Of a stretch of 40,000 bases of DNA, positions 1 to 9,800 are shown one piece after another (within the stretch, counting starts at the first letter, position 1; each line of letters begins with the position of its first letter). Origin of the DNA: Bifidobacterium breve. GTDB lineage: Bacteria > Actinomycetota > Actinomycetes > Nanopelagicales > Nanopelagicaceae. Under the pieces are notes generated by a model. The model worked only from the letters and a program-made list of their open reading frames with translations. It made no database searches and was not told the origin of the DNA. The stretch spans positions 24,461-64,460 of the forward strand of contig CAMCVO010000008.1 of NCBI GenBank assembly GCA_945881945.1, given 5' to 3'. A program made the position numbers and the translations under genes.

Positions 1-288
1 ATTGCACACCCAATGGCATCACATCGCGGCAGAACTATCTCACTTGAAACCTTTGGATCTTTGATTGATGCAGGTCTAGATGGTGTTGAGGTTGATCACC
101 GGGATCATTCACCGGATGAAAAAACTCAGCTTATCGAATTGGCCAAGCAAAATAGTCTAGTGATGACTGGGGCTAGTGATTACCATGGAAATGGAAAGCT
201 AAACCAGTTAGGTGAGTACGTAACGATGCCAGAACAGTGGGAGAGATTAGAGGCTAGAGCTAATAAACGCCGAGTAATTAAACTCTAA
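1..288 (+). CDS. PHP-domain metal-dependent phosphoesterase, C-terminal part (5' end outside window)
   Basis: The frame is open from nt 1 (IAHP precedes the first Met). The C-terminal 'GASDYHG' motif is typical of PHP/TrpH-like phosphoesterases. TAA at 286-288. Confidence 0.55.
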   Translation: MAHPMASHRGRTISLETFGSLIDAGLDGVEVDHRDHSPDEKTQLIELAKQNSLVMTGASDYHGNGKLNQLGEYVTMPEQWERLEARANKRRVIKL

Positions 289-552
289 TTATTGATTTGC
301 AAAGCCCACATGGCGATCAGCTGATTCGCCAACTTCAACATAACTTATTTTGTTATGTGGAACTAAAATTTCTCGTCCTTTACTGTCACTTAGTGCTAAA
401 ACAGTTGCTGATTTAATCGCCTCATTAACCTTTGCGATCACCTCAGAGCTTGTGCTTGGAGATTCAAAATTAATCTCATGGGTACTATCTGAAATACCAA
501 TTTTGACCTCTGTTTTACCTGAACCTTTACCTGCAGATTTTGTGGATGCCAT
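289..552 (-). CDS. DUF3107-family protein (TB9.4/Rv3208A-like)
   Basis: 'EVKIGISDSTHEINFES...ILVPHNKISYVEVG' matches the DUF3107 pattern. It sits next to a TetR gene, as in mycobacteria (recalled synteny). The N-terminal 14 aa extension makes the start uncertain. Confidence 0.7.
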   Translation of the reverse strand: MASTKSAGKGSGKTEVKIGISDSTHEINFESPSTSSEVIAKVNEAIKSATVLALSDSKGREILVPHNKISYVEVGESADRHVGFANQ

Positions 553-589
553 GTGACAACTCTATCTATTGCTTGAAGGGTTTGCGAAT

Positions 590-1198
590 CTAGGATTGTG
601 ACTTAGGAAACCCAGAAATACCTCGCCAAATTAAATTCATGACTAATTCAGTAGCCCGCTTGCGGTCAATTTTTCCATCTCGATCTAACCAATGTCGGGC
701 TGTCGTTTGAACTGTGCCGATGATTCCTACTGCAAGCATCATTGATTCTTCTTTACCTAAACCGGTATCAATTGAAATGACTGCACTAACTGCTGCTGCA
801 CAGTCATATGTCATTCGGTTAAGTCGCTCCCGTACCTGCGGCTCTAAATTCATATCACTTTCAAAAAGTAGGCGGAAAGCTTCACCTTCAGAATCAATGA
901 AGCCAAAGTAGGCCTCAACCGTTGCGGCCACTCGTGATGAATTCTCACGATTAGATGCAATTGCTTTTTGAATTGCAAAAACCAAAGAATCGATGTGCAA
1001 GTCAAGCACCGCTAAATAAAGTTCTAGTTTTGAGGGAAAGTGCTGATACAAGACTGGCTTACTCACGTTTGCACGATCTGCAATCTCATCCATCGCAGCG
1101 GAGTGGTAACCGGCAGCAGTAAATACCTCCAAGGCCGCAACTAGTAGTTGCGCACGACGCTCATCCCGTGGTAATCGAGCAGACTTATCATCGACCAT
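590..1198 (-). CDS. TetR/AcrR-family transcriptional regulator
   Basis: N-terminal HTH 'GYHSAAMDEIADRANVSKPVLYQHFPSK'. About 200 aa with an all-helical C-terminal domain. Confidence 0.85.
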   Translation of the reverse strand: MVDDKSARLPRDERRAQLLVAALEVFTAAGYHSAAMDEIADRANVSKPVLYQHFPSKLELYLAVLDLHIDSLVFAIQKAIASNRENSSRVAATVEAYFGFIDSEGEAFRLLFESDMNLEPQVRERLNRMTYDCAAAVSAVISIDTGLGKEESMMLAVGIIGTVQTTARHWLDRDGKIDRKRATELVMNLIWRGISGFPKSQS

Positions 1199-1259
1199 TA
1201 GAGAATTCTAATCTGTAATTACTTACTTTGTCAGTTTCTCTCATATTTATAGTTATATT

Positions 1260-2132
1260 GTGTGGGTGAAATCAGCAAAAAGATTATTATTGGTTCACGC
1301 TCATCCTGATGATGAAACAATTAATAATGGCGTCACTATGGCGAAATATGCTGCCGACGGTATCAATGTCACGTTAGTAACTTGTACTAGGGGTGAAGAG
1401 GGTGAAGTTTTAGTTGATTCCTTGCTGAATTTAGCCAGTAGTAAAGATGACAAGCTAGGTGAGCATCGTGAAGTTGAATTAAAAAATGCAATGGATGAAT
1501 TAGGGATTAAAGATTTTAGATTTCTTGGTGCACCTAACAAAAAATGGCGTGACAGCGACATGATGGGCACACCACAAAATGATCGCAAAGATGTCTTTTG
1601 GCAAGCAGATTTGGATGAAGTAGCGAATGAACTAGTAAAAATTATTTTAGAAACAAAACCTCAAGTATTGATTACATATGATGAATTTGGTGGGTACGGC
1701 CACCCTGATCATATAAAGGCTCACCAAATAGCGATGCGAGCAGCAGAGATTGCTAGCCAGCAGGATTGGCAAGTTAGCAAAATTTATTGGAATACGACGC
1801 CTAGATCTGTTATACAGATGGGGATCGACAAAATGAAAGAGGTTGGCTCAGAGTTCTTTGGTGCAGAAAATGCTGATGATCTTCCGTTTGCAAAGCCAGA
1901 TGAGCTAGTTACCTCTGTTGTTAAAGCACCTGAGTATGTTCCACATAAATTAGCTGCGATGAAGGCACATGCCACTCAAATTTCAGTAGATGGTCCTTTC
2001 TTTGCCTTATCAAATAATCTTGGCTTATCAGTATGGGGAGATGAGTACTACACCTTGGTAAAAGGGGAGCTTGCTGGACCATTTGATGAAAATGGTCGGG
2101 AATTAGATTTGTTTGCTGGAGTTAAGTTGTGA
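1260..2132 (+). CDS. mshB: LmbE-family N-acetylglucosaminyl-inositol deacetylase (MshB; Mca paralogue not excluded)
   Basis: 'VHAHPDDE' and 'HPDH' zinc-site motifs, 290 aa, GTG start. Synteny with a small membrane protein plus fdx/dapC matches the Rv1170-Rv1178 region. Confidence 0.75.
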   Translation: MWVKSAKRLLLVHAHPDDETINNGVTMAKYAADGINVTLVTCTRGEEGEVLVDSLLNLASSKDDKLGEHREVELKNAMDELGIKDFRFLGAPNKKWRDSDMMGTPQNDRKDVFWQADLDEVANELVKIILETKPQVLITYDEFGGYGHPDHIKAHQIAMRAAEIASQQDWQVSKIYWNTTPRSVIQMGIDKMKEVGSEFFGAENADDLPFAKPDELVTSVVKAPEYVPHKLAAMKAHATQISVDGPFFALSNNLGLSVWGDEYYTLVKGELAGPFDENGRELDLFAGVKL

Positions 2133-2452
2133 ATCTAATACAGAGTGCTTTTTTTGGTGCACTACTTGGCTTTTGTGGAACTATGTTGCATAACTTCAGC
2201 CAACCAATTGGATTTATTATTTCTTTGATATTGACTTATCTGGGCTTTAAAGTTGTTGGACAAAAGTTCATCTATCTTCGCTACCAAGTTATTGCTGCTG
2301 CCAGCTGGCTGGCATTAGTAATTCGGGCCAGTACCCCATGGTCAGGGGATGAAATTCTGATTACCGGTAATACCCTTGGAAATTTATTTCTGTTAGGCGG
2401 TTTTACTACCATAATTATAAGTATGTTTAAGAGCCGTTCGAGATTTAATTAA
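2129..2452 (+). CDS. small integral membrane protein (Rv1171-like position)
   Basis: GTGA start/stop overlap with mshB. 3-4 hydrophobic segments. No recognisable catalytic motif. Confidence 0.55.
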   Translation: MNLIQSAFFGALLGFCGTMLHNFSQPIGFIISLILTYLGFKVVGQKFIYLRYQVIAAASWLALVIRASTPWSGDEILITGNTLGNLFLLGGFTTIIISMFKSRSRFN

Positions 2453-3845
2453 TTATCCAATCCCAGCTTTGTCCAGATTTACTATCTTTAACCGCAACAC
2501 CTAGTTTTTCTAACTCATTGCGAAGTTGATCACTCTGGCTAAAATCCCCAGATTTTCTAGCTACCTCTCGCTGTTGTAATAGCTTTTGCGCATCAAGTGA
2601 TAGCTCTTTTTGAGCGATTTGATTTAGCAGTTTTAATCCGAATAGCTGATCCACAGATTTAAACACAAGGTGCTTACTGCCATCACTTATCGATTCAGAT
2701 TTTTCAAGATTTCTTAACTTTTGAAGTGCCCTTGGGGTATCAAGATCTTGTCTAAAATCGGTGACTATCTCCTCAATAATTTTTTGAGTTAAAGGTGAAT
2801 CTATATTTGTATCTTGTTGCCAAATTTGAATCTTCTCTCGCCACCGTTGTAAAAGGCTGTGTGCTGCTTTCAAACTGTCCCAACTTAAATCCATTTGGCT
2901 TCGGTATCTATTTTCTAAAAAGCACAATCTAAGCGCTAGAGGGTCAATATGTTTTTCAATAAGATCAGAGATTAGAACAACATTTCCAGTACTTTTTGCC
3001 ATCTTTCTTCCTTCAAAAAGAAGATGTTCACCATGTACCCAGAGTTCAACTGCCTCCTTATCAATTGCACAGTTAGATTGCGCACGTTCATCCTCATGGT
3101 GTGGAAACCTAAGATCGATTCCGCCAAGGTGTAAATCAACAAACTCATCTAAATAATGCAGCGACATTGCCGAACACTCAATGTGCCAGCCCGGAAATCC
3201 CTTACCCCAAGGAGAGTCCCAGATCATTTGCGTTCTATCACCAGCTGCCTTCCATAACGCCCAGTCCGCATGAAATCTCTTCGCGCCATCTTCGGTGTAT
3301 TCAAATCGATGACCTGGTTTTAGTGAATCCAATCGATTTCCACTGATTACGCCATAACCTGGAAATGATTGCGCGGAAAAGTAAACACAGTTGTCACTGC
3401 CAACATAGGCATGATTTTTTGCAATTAATTTTGAGATTAAATCTTGCATCATCTCTATACATTCACTTGCCTTGGGATACTTATCAGCAGGTGTGATATT
3501 TAAGTTAGATAAATCCATATGGAATCTAGCCTCATAAATTCTAGCTATTTCAAATGGATCCTTTGACTCAGCTTTAGCTTGCGCAAGGATTTTATCCTCT
3601 ACAAAATCCTCTGACATATGGCCGACATCAGTAATATTTTGAATGAACTCAACATCATGGCCAAGGTATTTAGCTATTCTAGTTACCAAATCTCCAAGTA
3701 AAAAAGTCCGCATATTTCCAACATGTGCGTCACGATAAACAGTTGGACCACAGCTGTAAATTCTTATTCTTTTGCCATCACTACTTTTTAATGGTTGTAA
3801 CTTTCTACTTTTTGTATCAAATAGTGAAATCTCAGCAATGTTCAT
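2445..3845 (-). CDS. cysS: cysteine--tRNA ligase
   Basis: 'CGPTVY..HVGN' (HIGH-type), 'PGWHIECSAM', 'FPHHE' and 'KMAKS' motifs. The C-terminal 'QQREVARKSGDFSQSDQLRNELEKLGVAVKD...W' anticodon-arm domain is present in CysRS but absent from MshC. I place the start at ATG 3845, in an ATGA overlap with the upstream ORF; the longest ORF starts at 3866. Confidence 0.85.
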   Translation of the reverse strand: MNIAEISLFDTKSRKLQPLKSSDGKRIRIYSCGPTVYRDAHVGNMRTFLLGDLVTRIAKYLGHDVEFIQNITDVGHMSEDFVEDKILAQAKAESKDPFEIARIYEARFHMDLSNLNITPADKYPKASECIEMMQDLISKLIAKNHAYVGSDNCVYFSAQSFPGYGVISGNRLDSLKPGHRFEYTEDGAKRFHADWALWKAAGDRTQMIWDSPWGKGFPGWHIECSAMSLHYLDEFVDLHLGGIDLRFPHHEDERAQSNCAIDKEAVELWVHGEHLLFEGRKMAKSTGNVVLISDLIEKHIDPLALRLCFLENRYRSQMDLSWDSLKAAHSLLQRWREKIQIWQQDTNIDSPLTQKIIEEIVTDFRQDLDTPRALQKLRNLEKSESISDGSKHLVFKSVDQLFGLKLLNQIAQKELSLDAQKLLQQREVARKSGDFSQSDQLRNELEKLGVAVKDSKSGQSWDWIIN

Positions 3846-4024
3846 TTGCTTGGCACAACCTTCCAAATAGCAATTTTTGCTGGATCAAAGGAAACTACGG
3901 TGCCATCCTTCTTTCGGAGTGTGTTCTCACTCTCTAAAATACCGAGAATGTCCCGGTAGCCACCAGCTGGATCATGCAGGCGAATACTGACCCGCTGACC
4001 TATTTGTGCCGCAGATGGCTGCAC
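3842..4024 (-). CDS. small conserved-looking hypothetical protein (60 aa)
   Basis: GTG start preceded by a strong SD (GGAGGGGG, 4-nt spacer). The stop overlaps the cysS ATG (ATGA). The sequence looks beta-rich ('GQRVSIRL...GGYRDILGIL...GTVVSF...IWKVVP'). Confidence 0.6.
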   Translation of the reverse strand: MQPSAAQIGQRVSIRLHDPAGGYRDILGILESENTLRKKDGTVVSFDPAKIAIWKVVPSK

Positions 4025-4117
4025 TTGACCCCCTCCATTAAACTCGCCTCCAGTTAGAGTATGAGTTAATGGCAGTATTCTCTACCTATATAGCTGGATA
4101 TAACTGTAAGGAGAAGC

Positions 4118-4438
4118 GTGACCTACATAATTGCTCAACCATGTGTTGATGTGAAAGATAAATCCTGCATTGAAGAGTGCCCAGTGGATTGCATCTATGA
4201 GGGTGACCGCATGCTTTATATCCAACCTGATGAGTGTGTTGATTGTGGTGCATGCGAGCCAGTCTGCCCAGTAGAAGCTATTTACTATGAAGATGATGTG
4301 CCTTCGCAATGGAAGAACTACAGCGAGGTCAATACTAAGTTTTTTGTGGAGATTGGATCCCCTGGCGGTGCAGCTAAGTTAGGTCCAGTTGGTAAAGATC
4401 ATGAAATAGTTGCTGCCCTGCCACCTCAAGAAAAGTAG
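4118..4438 (+). CDS. fdxA: 7Fe ferredoxin ([3Fe-4S][4Fe-4S])
   Basis: 'CVDVKDKSCIEECPVDC' and 'CVDCGACEPVCP' cluster motifs, 106 aa. SD AAGGAG upstream of the GTG start. Confidence 0.9.
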   Translation: MTYIIAQPCVDVKDKSCIEECPVDCIYEGDRMLYIQPDECVDCGACEPVCPVEAIYYEDDVPSQWKNYSEVNTKFFVEIGSPGGAAKLGPVGKDHEIVAALPPQEK

Positions 4439-4444
4439 GCAAAC

Positions 4445-5491
4445 CTGAATCTGCCAGATTTTCCTTGGGATCTTTTGGCGCCCTTTGGTGATAAAGCTCG
4501 AAAATATCCCGGCGGTTTTATTGATCTCTCACAAGGCACACCCGTTGACCCAACTCCACAATTTATTCAAGATGTATTTTCAGCTGCCAGCAACTCACCT
4601 AGTTATCCAGTAGTTGCCGGAACTGCATCACTTAAAGATGCCATAAGGAAATGGTCGGTTGAAAATTTAGGGGTTACTGGCGATTTTGATGTGCTGCCAA
4701 CCATTGGCTCAAAAGAGTTTATTGCTTTACTGCCAACTTTTTTACAAAGTAAAAATGTTTTGTATCCAAAGGTTGCTTATCCAACCTATTTAGTAAGTGC
4801 CATGATGGCCTCCGCCCAAGCTACACCAGTTGATATTGATGCAAGTAGTTGGCCAAAAGCTGATTTAGCTTGGTTAAACTCACCATCAAACCCAACAGGT
4901 CAGGTGCAAACAGATCAAGAGTTAAATGCGTGTATCACCTGGGCTCGTAAGAATCAGGCGATTTTGGCAAGTGATGAGTGCTACTTAAGTTTTTCCGATG
5001 ATGCTAAATCTATTTTGGCGCTAGCAAATGGTGATAACACTGGTTTGCTGGCTGTGTTATCACTTTCAAAGCGATCTAATCTGGCTGGGTATCGAGCCGG
5101 CTTTGTTGTAGGAGATAGCAAACTAATTGATCAAATTAGACAGGTAAGAAAACATGCTGGATTGATGGTACCGCTGCCAGTGCAACAGGCGATGATCACC
5201 GCATTATCTGATGAGAAACATGTTAAAGAGCAAGCAGATCGCTATCGAAATCGTCGGCAGATGTTAAAGCAAGCACTCCTAAGTCAAGGATTTAAAATTG
5301 AATATAGCCAAGCTGGTTTATACATCTGGTGTACTAGAGGTGAAGATGGCTATAAAACCGTGGATTACTTTGCTGAACTAGGTATTTTGGTAACACCTGG
5401 GGCTTTTTATGGCAGTGATAATTATGTACGAATTGCACTGACTGCAACGGATGAAAATATAAAGCAAGTGGTAGATCGAATAAAGATATGA
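4445..5491 (+). CDS. dapC: succinyldiaminopimelate aminotransferase-type class I aminotransferase (DapC/Rv1178-like)
   Basis: 'DLSQGTPVDP', 'NSPSNPTG' and 'SLSKRSNLAGYRAG' (PLP-Lys) motifs. Adjacency to fdx matches Rv1177/Rv1178. The start is uncertain: the conserved 'LPDFPWD' lies upstream of the first canonical start (TTG 4475), so I place it at CTG 4445. Confidence 0.8.
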   Translation: MNLPDFPWDLLAPFGDKARKYPGGFIDLSQGTPVDPTPQFIQDVFSAASNSPSYPVVAGTASLKDAIRKWSVENLGVTGDFDVLPTIGSKEFIALLPTFLQSKNVLYPKVAYPTYLVSAMMASAQATPVDIDASSWPKADLAWLNSPSNPTGQVQTDQELNACITWARKNQAILASDECYLSFSDDAKSILALANGDNTGLLAVLSLSKRSNLAGYRAGFVVGDSKLIDQIRQVRKHAGLMVPLPVQQAMITALSDEKHVKEQADRYRNRRQMLKQALLSQGFKIEYSQAGLYIWCTRGEDGYKTVDYFAELGILVTPGAFYGSDNYVRIALTATDENIKQVVDRIKI

Positions 5492-6459
5492 AAACGGGTG
5501 CCATTTTACTTGTTGGTGGCATGGGGACCAGATTGTTGCCCCTCACCTTAAAGACTCCAAAGCCGATGTTACAAGTAGCTGGCGTACCATTTACTGAGCA
5601 CCAAATTAGAAAAGCAGCTGGTGCTGGAATTTCTGAGATTGTCTTAGCCACCTCCTATAAATCTGAGTTATTTGAACCTTACTTTGGTGATGGTGAAAAG
5701 TTTGGTATCAAAATTAAGTATGCGGTGGAGCATTCAGCATTGGGCACTGGTGGTGGAATTAGAAATGCAGCCAAACTACTTTCAAGTTGTGATCAGATAG
5801 TAATTTTCAATGGTGATGTGTTAAGCGGTCATAATCTAAAGGGTCAGATTGAGTTTCACCAACAATGTAAGGCGGATGTAACCTTGTACCTAACTCAGGT
5901 TTTAGATGCTAGGCCCTATGGCTGTGTTGAGTTACAAGGTGATAACCGAGTGAAATCATTTTTAGAGAAGATGGAAAATCCCATCAGCAATCAGATAAAT
6001 GCTGGGTGCTATATCTTTAATCAAGATGTAATTAATCAGATTCCGCCAGATCAGGTAGTAAGTGTGGAGCGAGATACCTTCCCTAAATTACTTTCTGCAG
6101 GGGTGAAAGTTTTTGGATATGTAGATAACTCATACTGGCTTGATATCGGCACGCCAGCTGCCTTAGTTAAGGCATCAGCTGATTTGGTAACTGGTGTTAT
6201 CTCATCTTTGGCCACCCCATCACACACTGCAGATGCTTTGATTTTCCCAACTGCAAAAATTGGAGCTGGTTGTGAAATCAATAATGGTTCGGTAATTGAA
6301 GGTGAGGTTGCACTTGATAGTAATTGCCAAATTAGCGGTTCAATTATTGGCCAGGGTGCGAAAATAGGTGCCAATTGCAAAATAATCGACTCCATAATCG
6401 CTCCAGGGGCTCAAATTGAGGCTGGAATGGTGGTCCTAACCAATTATTTAGGCTTCTAA
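5488..6459 (+). CDS. manC: mannose-1-phosphate guanylyltransferase-type sugar nucleotidyltransferase with C-terminal left-handed beta-helix
   Basis: 'LVGGMGTRLLPLT' nucleotidyltransferase loop. C-terminal hexapeptide repeats. ATGA overlap with dapC. Sugar specificity is inferred from synteny with whiB2/manB (Rv3264c-like). Confidence 0.75.
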   Translation: MKTGAILLVGGMGTRLLPLTLKTPKPMLQVAGVPFTEHQIRKAAGAGISEIVLATSYKSELFEPYFGDGEKFGIKIKYAVEHSALGTGGGIRNAAKLLSSCDQIVIFNGDVLSGHNLKGQIEFHQQCKADVTLYLTQVLDARPYGCVELQGDNRVKSFLEKMENPISNQINAGCYIFNQDVINQIPPDQVVSVERDTFPKLLSAGVKVFGYVDNSYWLDIGTPAALVKASADLVTGVISSLATPSHTADALIFPTAKIGAGCEINNGSVIEGEVALDSNCQISGSIIGQGAKIGANCKIIDSIIAPGAQIEAGMVVLTNYLGF

Positions 6460-6485
6460 TTTTCCCCAATTTGCATAATCTCGAC

Positions 6486-6514
6486 TTGACTTAATCGAGT
6501 TACAAGCGTGTAAT
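6486..6514 (+). promoter_or_regulatory. candidate sigma-A type promoter upstream of whiB
   Basis: TTGACT (6486-6491), a 17-nt spacer, then TGTAAT (6509-6514). Pattern match only. Confidence 0.3.
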
Positions 6515-6584
6515 TATCCTATTAGTGGGCACACCCCAAGCCCTAAAGTTTTTTAAGGTAGTACCGATGACACATAGGAGAGAT

Positions 6585-6851
6585 ATGTCAGAACAACGTG
6601 CAGATCTAACAGCCCTAGTAGTTAACTCAGAGCAGCTTTCCTGGCAGGAGCGCGCTCTATGCGCTCAAACCGATCCAGAGGCCTTCTTTCCTGAGAAGGG
6701 TGGATCAACCAGAGAGGCCAAGCGAGTGTGCCTATCCTGTGAGGTTCGGGCTGAGTGTTTGGAGTACGCCCTAGCTCATGATGAGCGGTTTGGAATTTGG
6801 GGTGGATTATCTGAACGTGAACGTCGTCGCTTAAAGCGCCGTAGCGCATAA
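6585..6851 (+). CDS. whiB: WhiB-family Fe-S transcription factor (WhiB2/WhmD-like)
   Basis: Cys-X(n)-'CLSCEVRAEC' cluster ligands, the 'GIWGG' turn and a basic tail 'RRRLKRR'. ATG 6585 has SD AGGAGAG. The longest ORF starts at GTG 6525, and ATG 6567 is also possible. Confidence 0.9.
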   Translation: MSEQRADLTALVVNSEQLSWQERALCAQTDPEAFFPEKGGSTREAKRVCLSCEVRAECLEYALAHDERFGIWGGLSERERRRLKRRSA

Positions 6852-6859
6852 AATTACGG

Positions 6860-9800
6860 GTGGCTGAAAAGCAAAGCACCAGGGCGCAAGCCCAACTTAA
6901 AGACCAGTTTGTAACAGCAATAGTTGTTACACATGATGGTGTCACCTGGCTTAGCGAGGTTGTGGCATCGCTATCTTCACAAAAACATAAAGTTGATCAA
7001 ATTATCGCAGTTGATACTGGCTCAATAGATGGCTCAGTCAAATTATTAACAAATGCCGGCATTGAAGTAATAAAAAAATCTAGACGAACTGGTTTTGGCG
7101 CTGCGATTTCAGCTGCGGTTGCAAAACTTGCTCCGTTAGATGATGAGAGCCAGCAAGAGTGGCTTTGGATCTTGCATGATGATTGCGCCCCAGATCGGTA
7201 TGCGCTGGCTAAATTATTAGAAGCAGTTGTTGCCCGTCCGCAGGTTGGCATTGCTGGGCCAAAAATTCTTGGTTGGTATGACCGCAAACATATTTTAGAG
7301 GTGGGATTAAGCATTACTGAAAATGGCACTCGCTGGACTGGTTTAGAAGATCGAGAGCATGACCAAGGTCAGCATGATCAAGTCAAAGATGTATTGGCAG
7401 TTAGCACTGCAGGCATGTTGATTAAAAGATCACTCTTTGAAGAGTTAGGCGGTTTTGATCCAAGCCTAGAGTTATTTAGAGATGATATAGATATTGGTTG
7501 GCGAGCGCATATTGCTGGTCACTCGGTAATCTGTGTTGGCGAAGCAATCCTTTACCACGCAGAGGCTGCCGCATCAGAGCGCAGATCAGTTGATGTGCGT
7601 GATGCAATTTTGCACCGCCCTCTGCTATTAGATAGAAGAAATGCAGCCTTTGTGCTGTTGGCAAACTCAAGTTGGTGGATACTGCCTTGGGTTGCTATTC
7701 AACTTCTTTTTACCTCAATTGGTCGATCCATAATTTACTTGCTTGCAAAACTTCCAGGATATGCAGCAGATGAGATTGCTGCAGTTGGTTTGTTGATATT
7801 TAAGCCCGCAGATTTAATTAAATCTCGTCGCTATCGCAGATCAAGTCGAGTCTTAACTGCTCGAGTGATAAAACCATTTATTCCAAGTCGGGGCCTACAG
7901 ATCAGATCAATCATCGAACGTATCTCCTCCTCTCTTGTTAGCGCTTTTAAACCGAACCGAGGCGAAGGCCAATCAATTGGGGCAAAGAATTACTCAGACC
8001 TTGGAGTAATTGACGAAAGCTTTGATGAAATTCAGTATCAATCAAGTAAGAGTTTTAGCAAAATTAGATCTTTAGTAAGGCAACCGCTCTTATTAGGAGT
8101 CACGCTAACTTTATTCATCTCATTTCTATATTCAAGAAACCGTTATGGATCTCTGTCTGGTGGTGCTATGGCTGTGGCACCAGATAGTGCATCTGAAATG
8201 ATTGCATCATTTGTTAGTTCATGGCAATTGGTAGGACTTGGCAGTAGTCAAGCTGCACCAGCATGGATACCTGTAATCGGTATCGCATCATTTATAACTG
8301 CGGCTAACCCACAGACCTTTATCGCTGCTTTGTTCTTCTTAACTCCCACTCTATTGTTTATTCTCAGCTATCGTGCCGCAAGGAAATACTCACTAACAAA
8401 GCAGTCCAGCGCGTTTGTGGCTTTTTTATACTCTTTCTCCCCTGCCGTTTTAACTGCTATAAATCAAGGGCGCCTGGGAACAATTGTTATAGCAATCCTG
8501 TTGCCTGGTCTTTTTACGCTACTTGAAAAAAATCAAGGATTATCTGATTTAACCTGGCGCAAAATATTTTCAATAGTTTTAATTGCATCCTTGGCTGGCA
8601 CTTTCTCTCCCTTATTTTTGCTCAGTTGGATTATTTTTCACACAGTTCTATTTTTTTATAGCTACTTTACCTCTCCAAATTGGCAACTTTTCAACTGGCG
8701 GGAAATCTCAAGGAATTTAGGAGATGAAAAATACAAGAAGCGGGCTGCATTAATTTTCATGCCTTTTTTTGTGAATTTACCAATTTCATTAAGCTTAATT
8801 TTAAATCCAGTTGCAGCATTAAAGGAGCCAGGATTAGCTGTTGAATCTGCTGGCCCATCATCAATTTTCCTGTTTAACCTTGGCGGACCAGGCTCTCCAC
8901 CACTTTTTCTATTGTCACCAGTACTCCTCTATTTAGTTGCGGCACTGATCTCTAAAGGTCAACGTAATGCTGCAATTCTCTCTTTGTTTTCAATTTCCAT
9001 GGCAGCAACACTAAGTTCATACTTTATCGAAGGAAATAGTAGTAACGCTGAAAGAATCTGGAGCGGTCCATTAGTAATTTTCGCTCAGTTGCTAACCTTA
9101 CTTTCGTTCTTTGCTATTACTGAAACACTGATTCCACAACTTAAGCGAAGCAACTTTGGAATAAAACATATTGGACTAGCGGCATCTGCTGTGATAACTG
9201 TTATTTCGATTATTTCAATCTCAATTTGGACAGCAACTACGGGAGCTAATTCTTTAGTTCGTTCAAACCAAGAACAAGTAATTCCAGCATTTATCAGTGA
9301 TTTAGCATCCACAACTGAGCGTCCAAAAACTTTAGTAATTAGAAAGAGCCCAGAGCAATTACAATATTTTGTCACCAGAGGTGGTGATCTACAGATCGGT
9401 AATGCTGATGTGGCTAGTAAAACACCTTCACAATTTCATGACACTATCGTGGACTTAGTAAATGGAGTTGGCGGAAGTAGCAGCCAGATACTTGGTTACT
9501 ACGGAATTCAATATGTATTCATGAAGAATCCAGCAGATGCTGGTTTAGTTCGAATTATTGATGGAATTGGTGGATTTACTCGAAGCTCTGCAACAAAAGA
9601 TGGGGTGGTATGGAAAGTTGATAAAGCCCATGCCAGAGTTACATACCAAAATAAAGTTGGTAAATTCTTTCCAATCAGCTCTTCCGATACGGCAGCTACC
9701 TCCTTTGTTCCTGGCGAAGGTGTAATTTTGCTGGCAGAAAAATTTGATAAATCATGGCAATTATTACTCAATGGAAAAGTTATGGAACTTGAGCAGCATC

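Noticed and set aside
2445-3866. Calling this gene mshC (mycothiol ligase), because mshB is adjacent
   Set aside because: The protein keeps the C-terminal anticodon-binding/DALR-type tail that aligns with E. coli and B. subtilis CysRS and is missing from MshC. Its length (466 aa) also fits CysRS.
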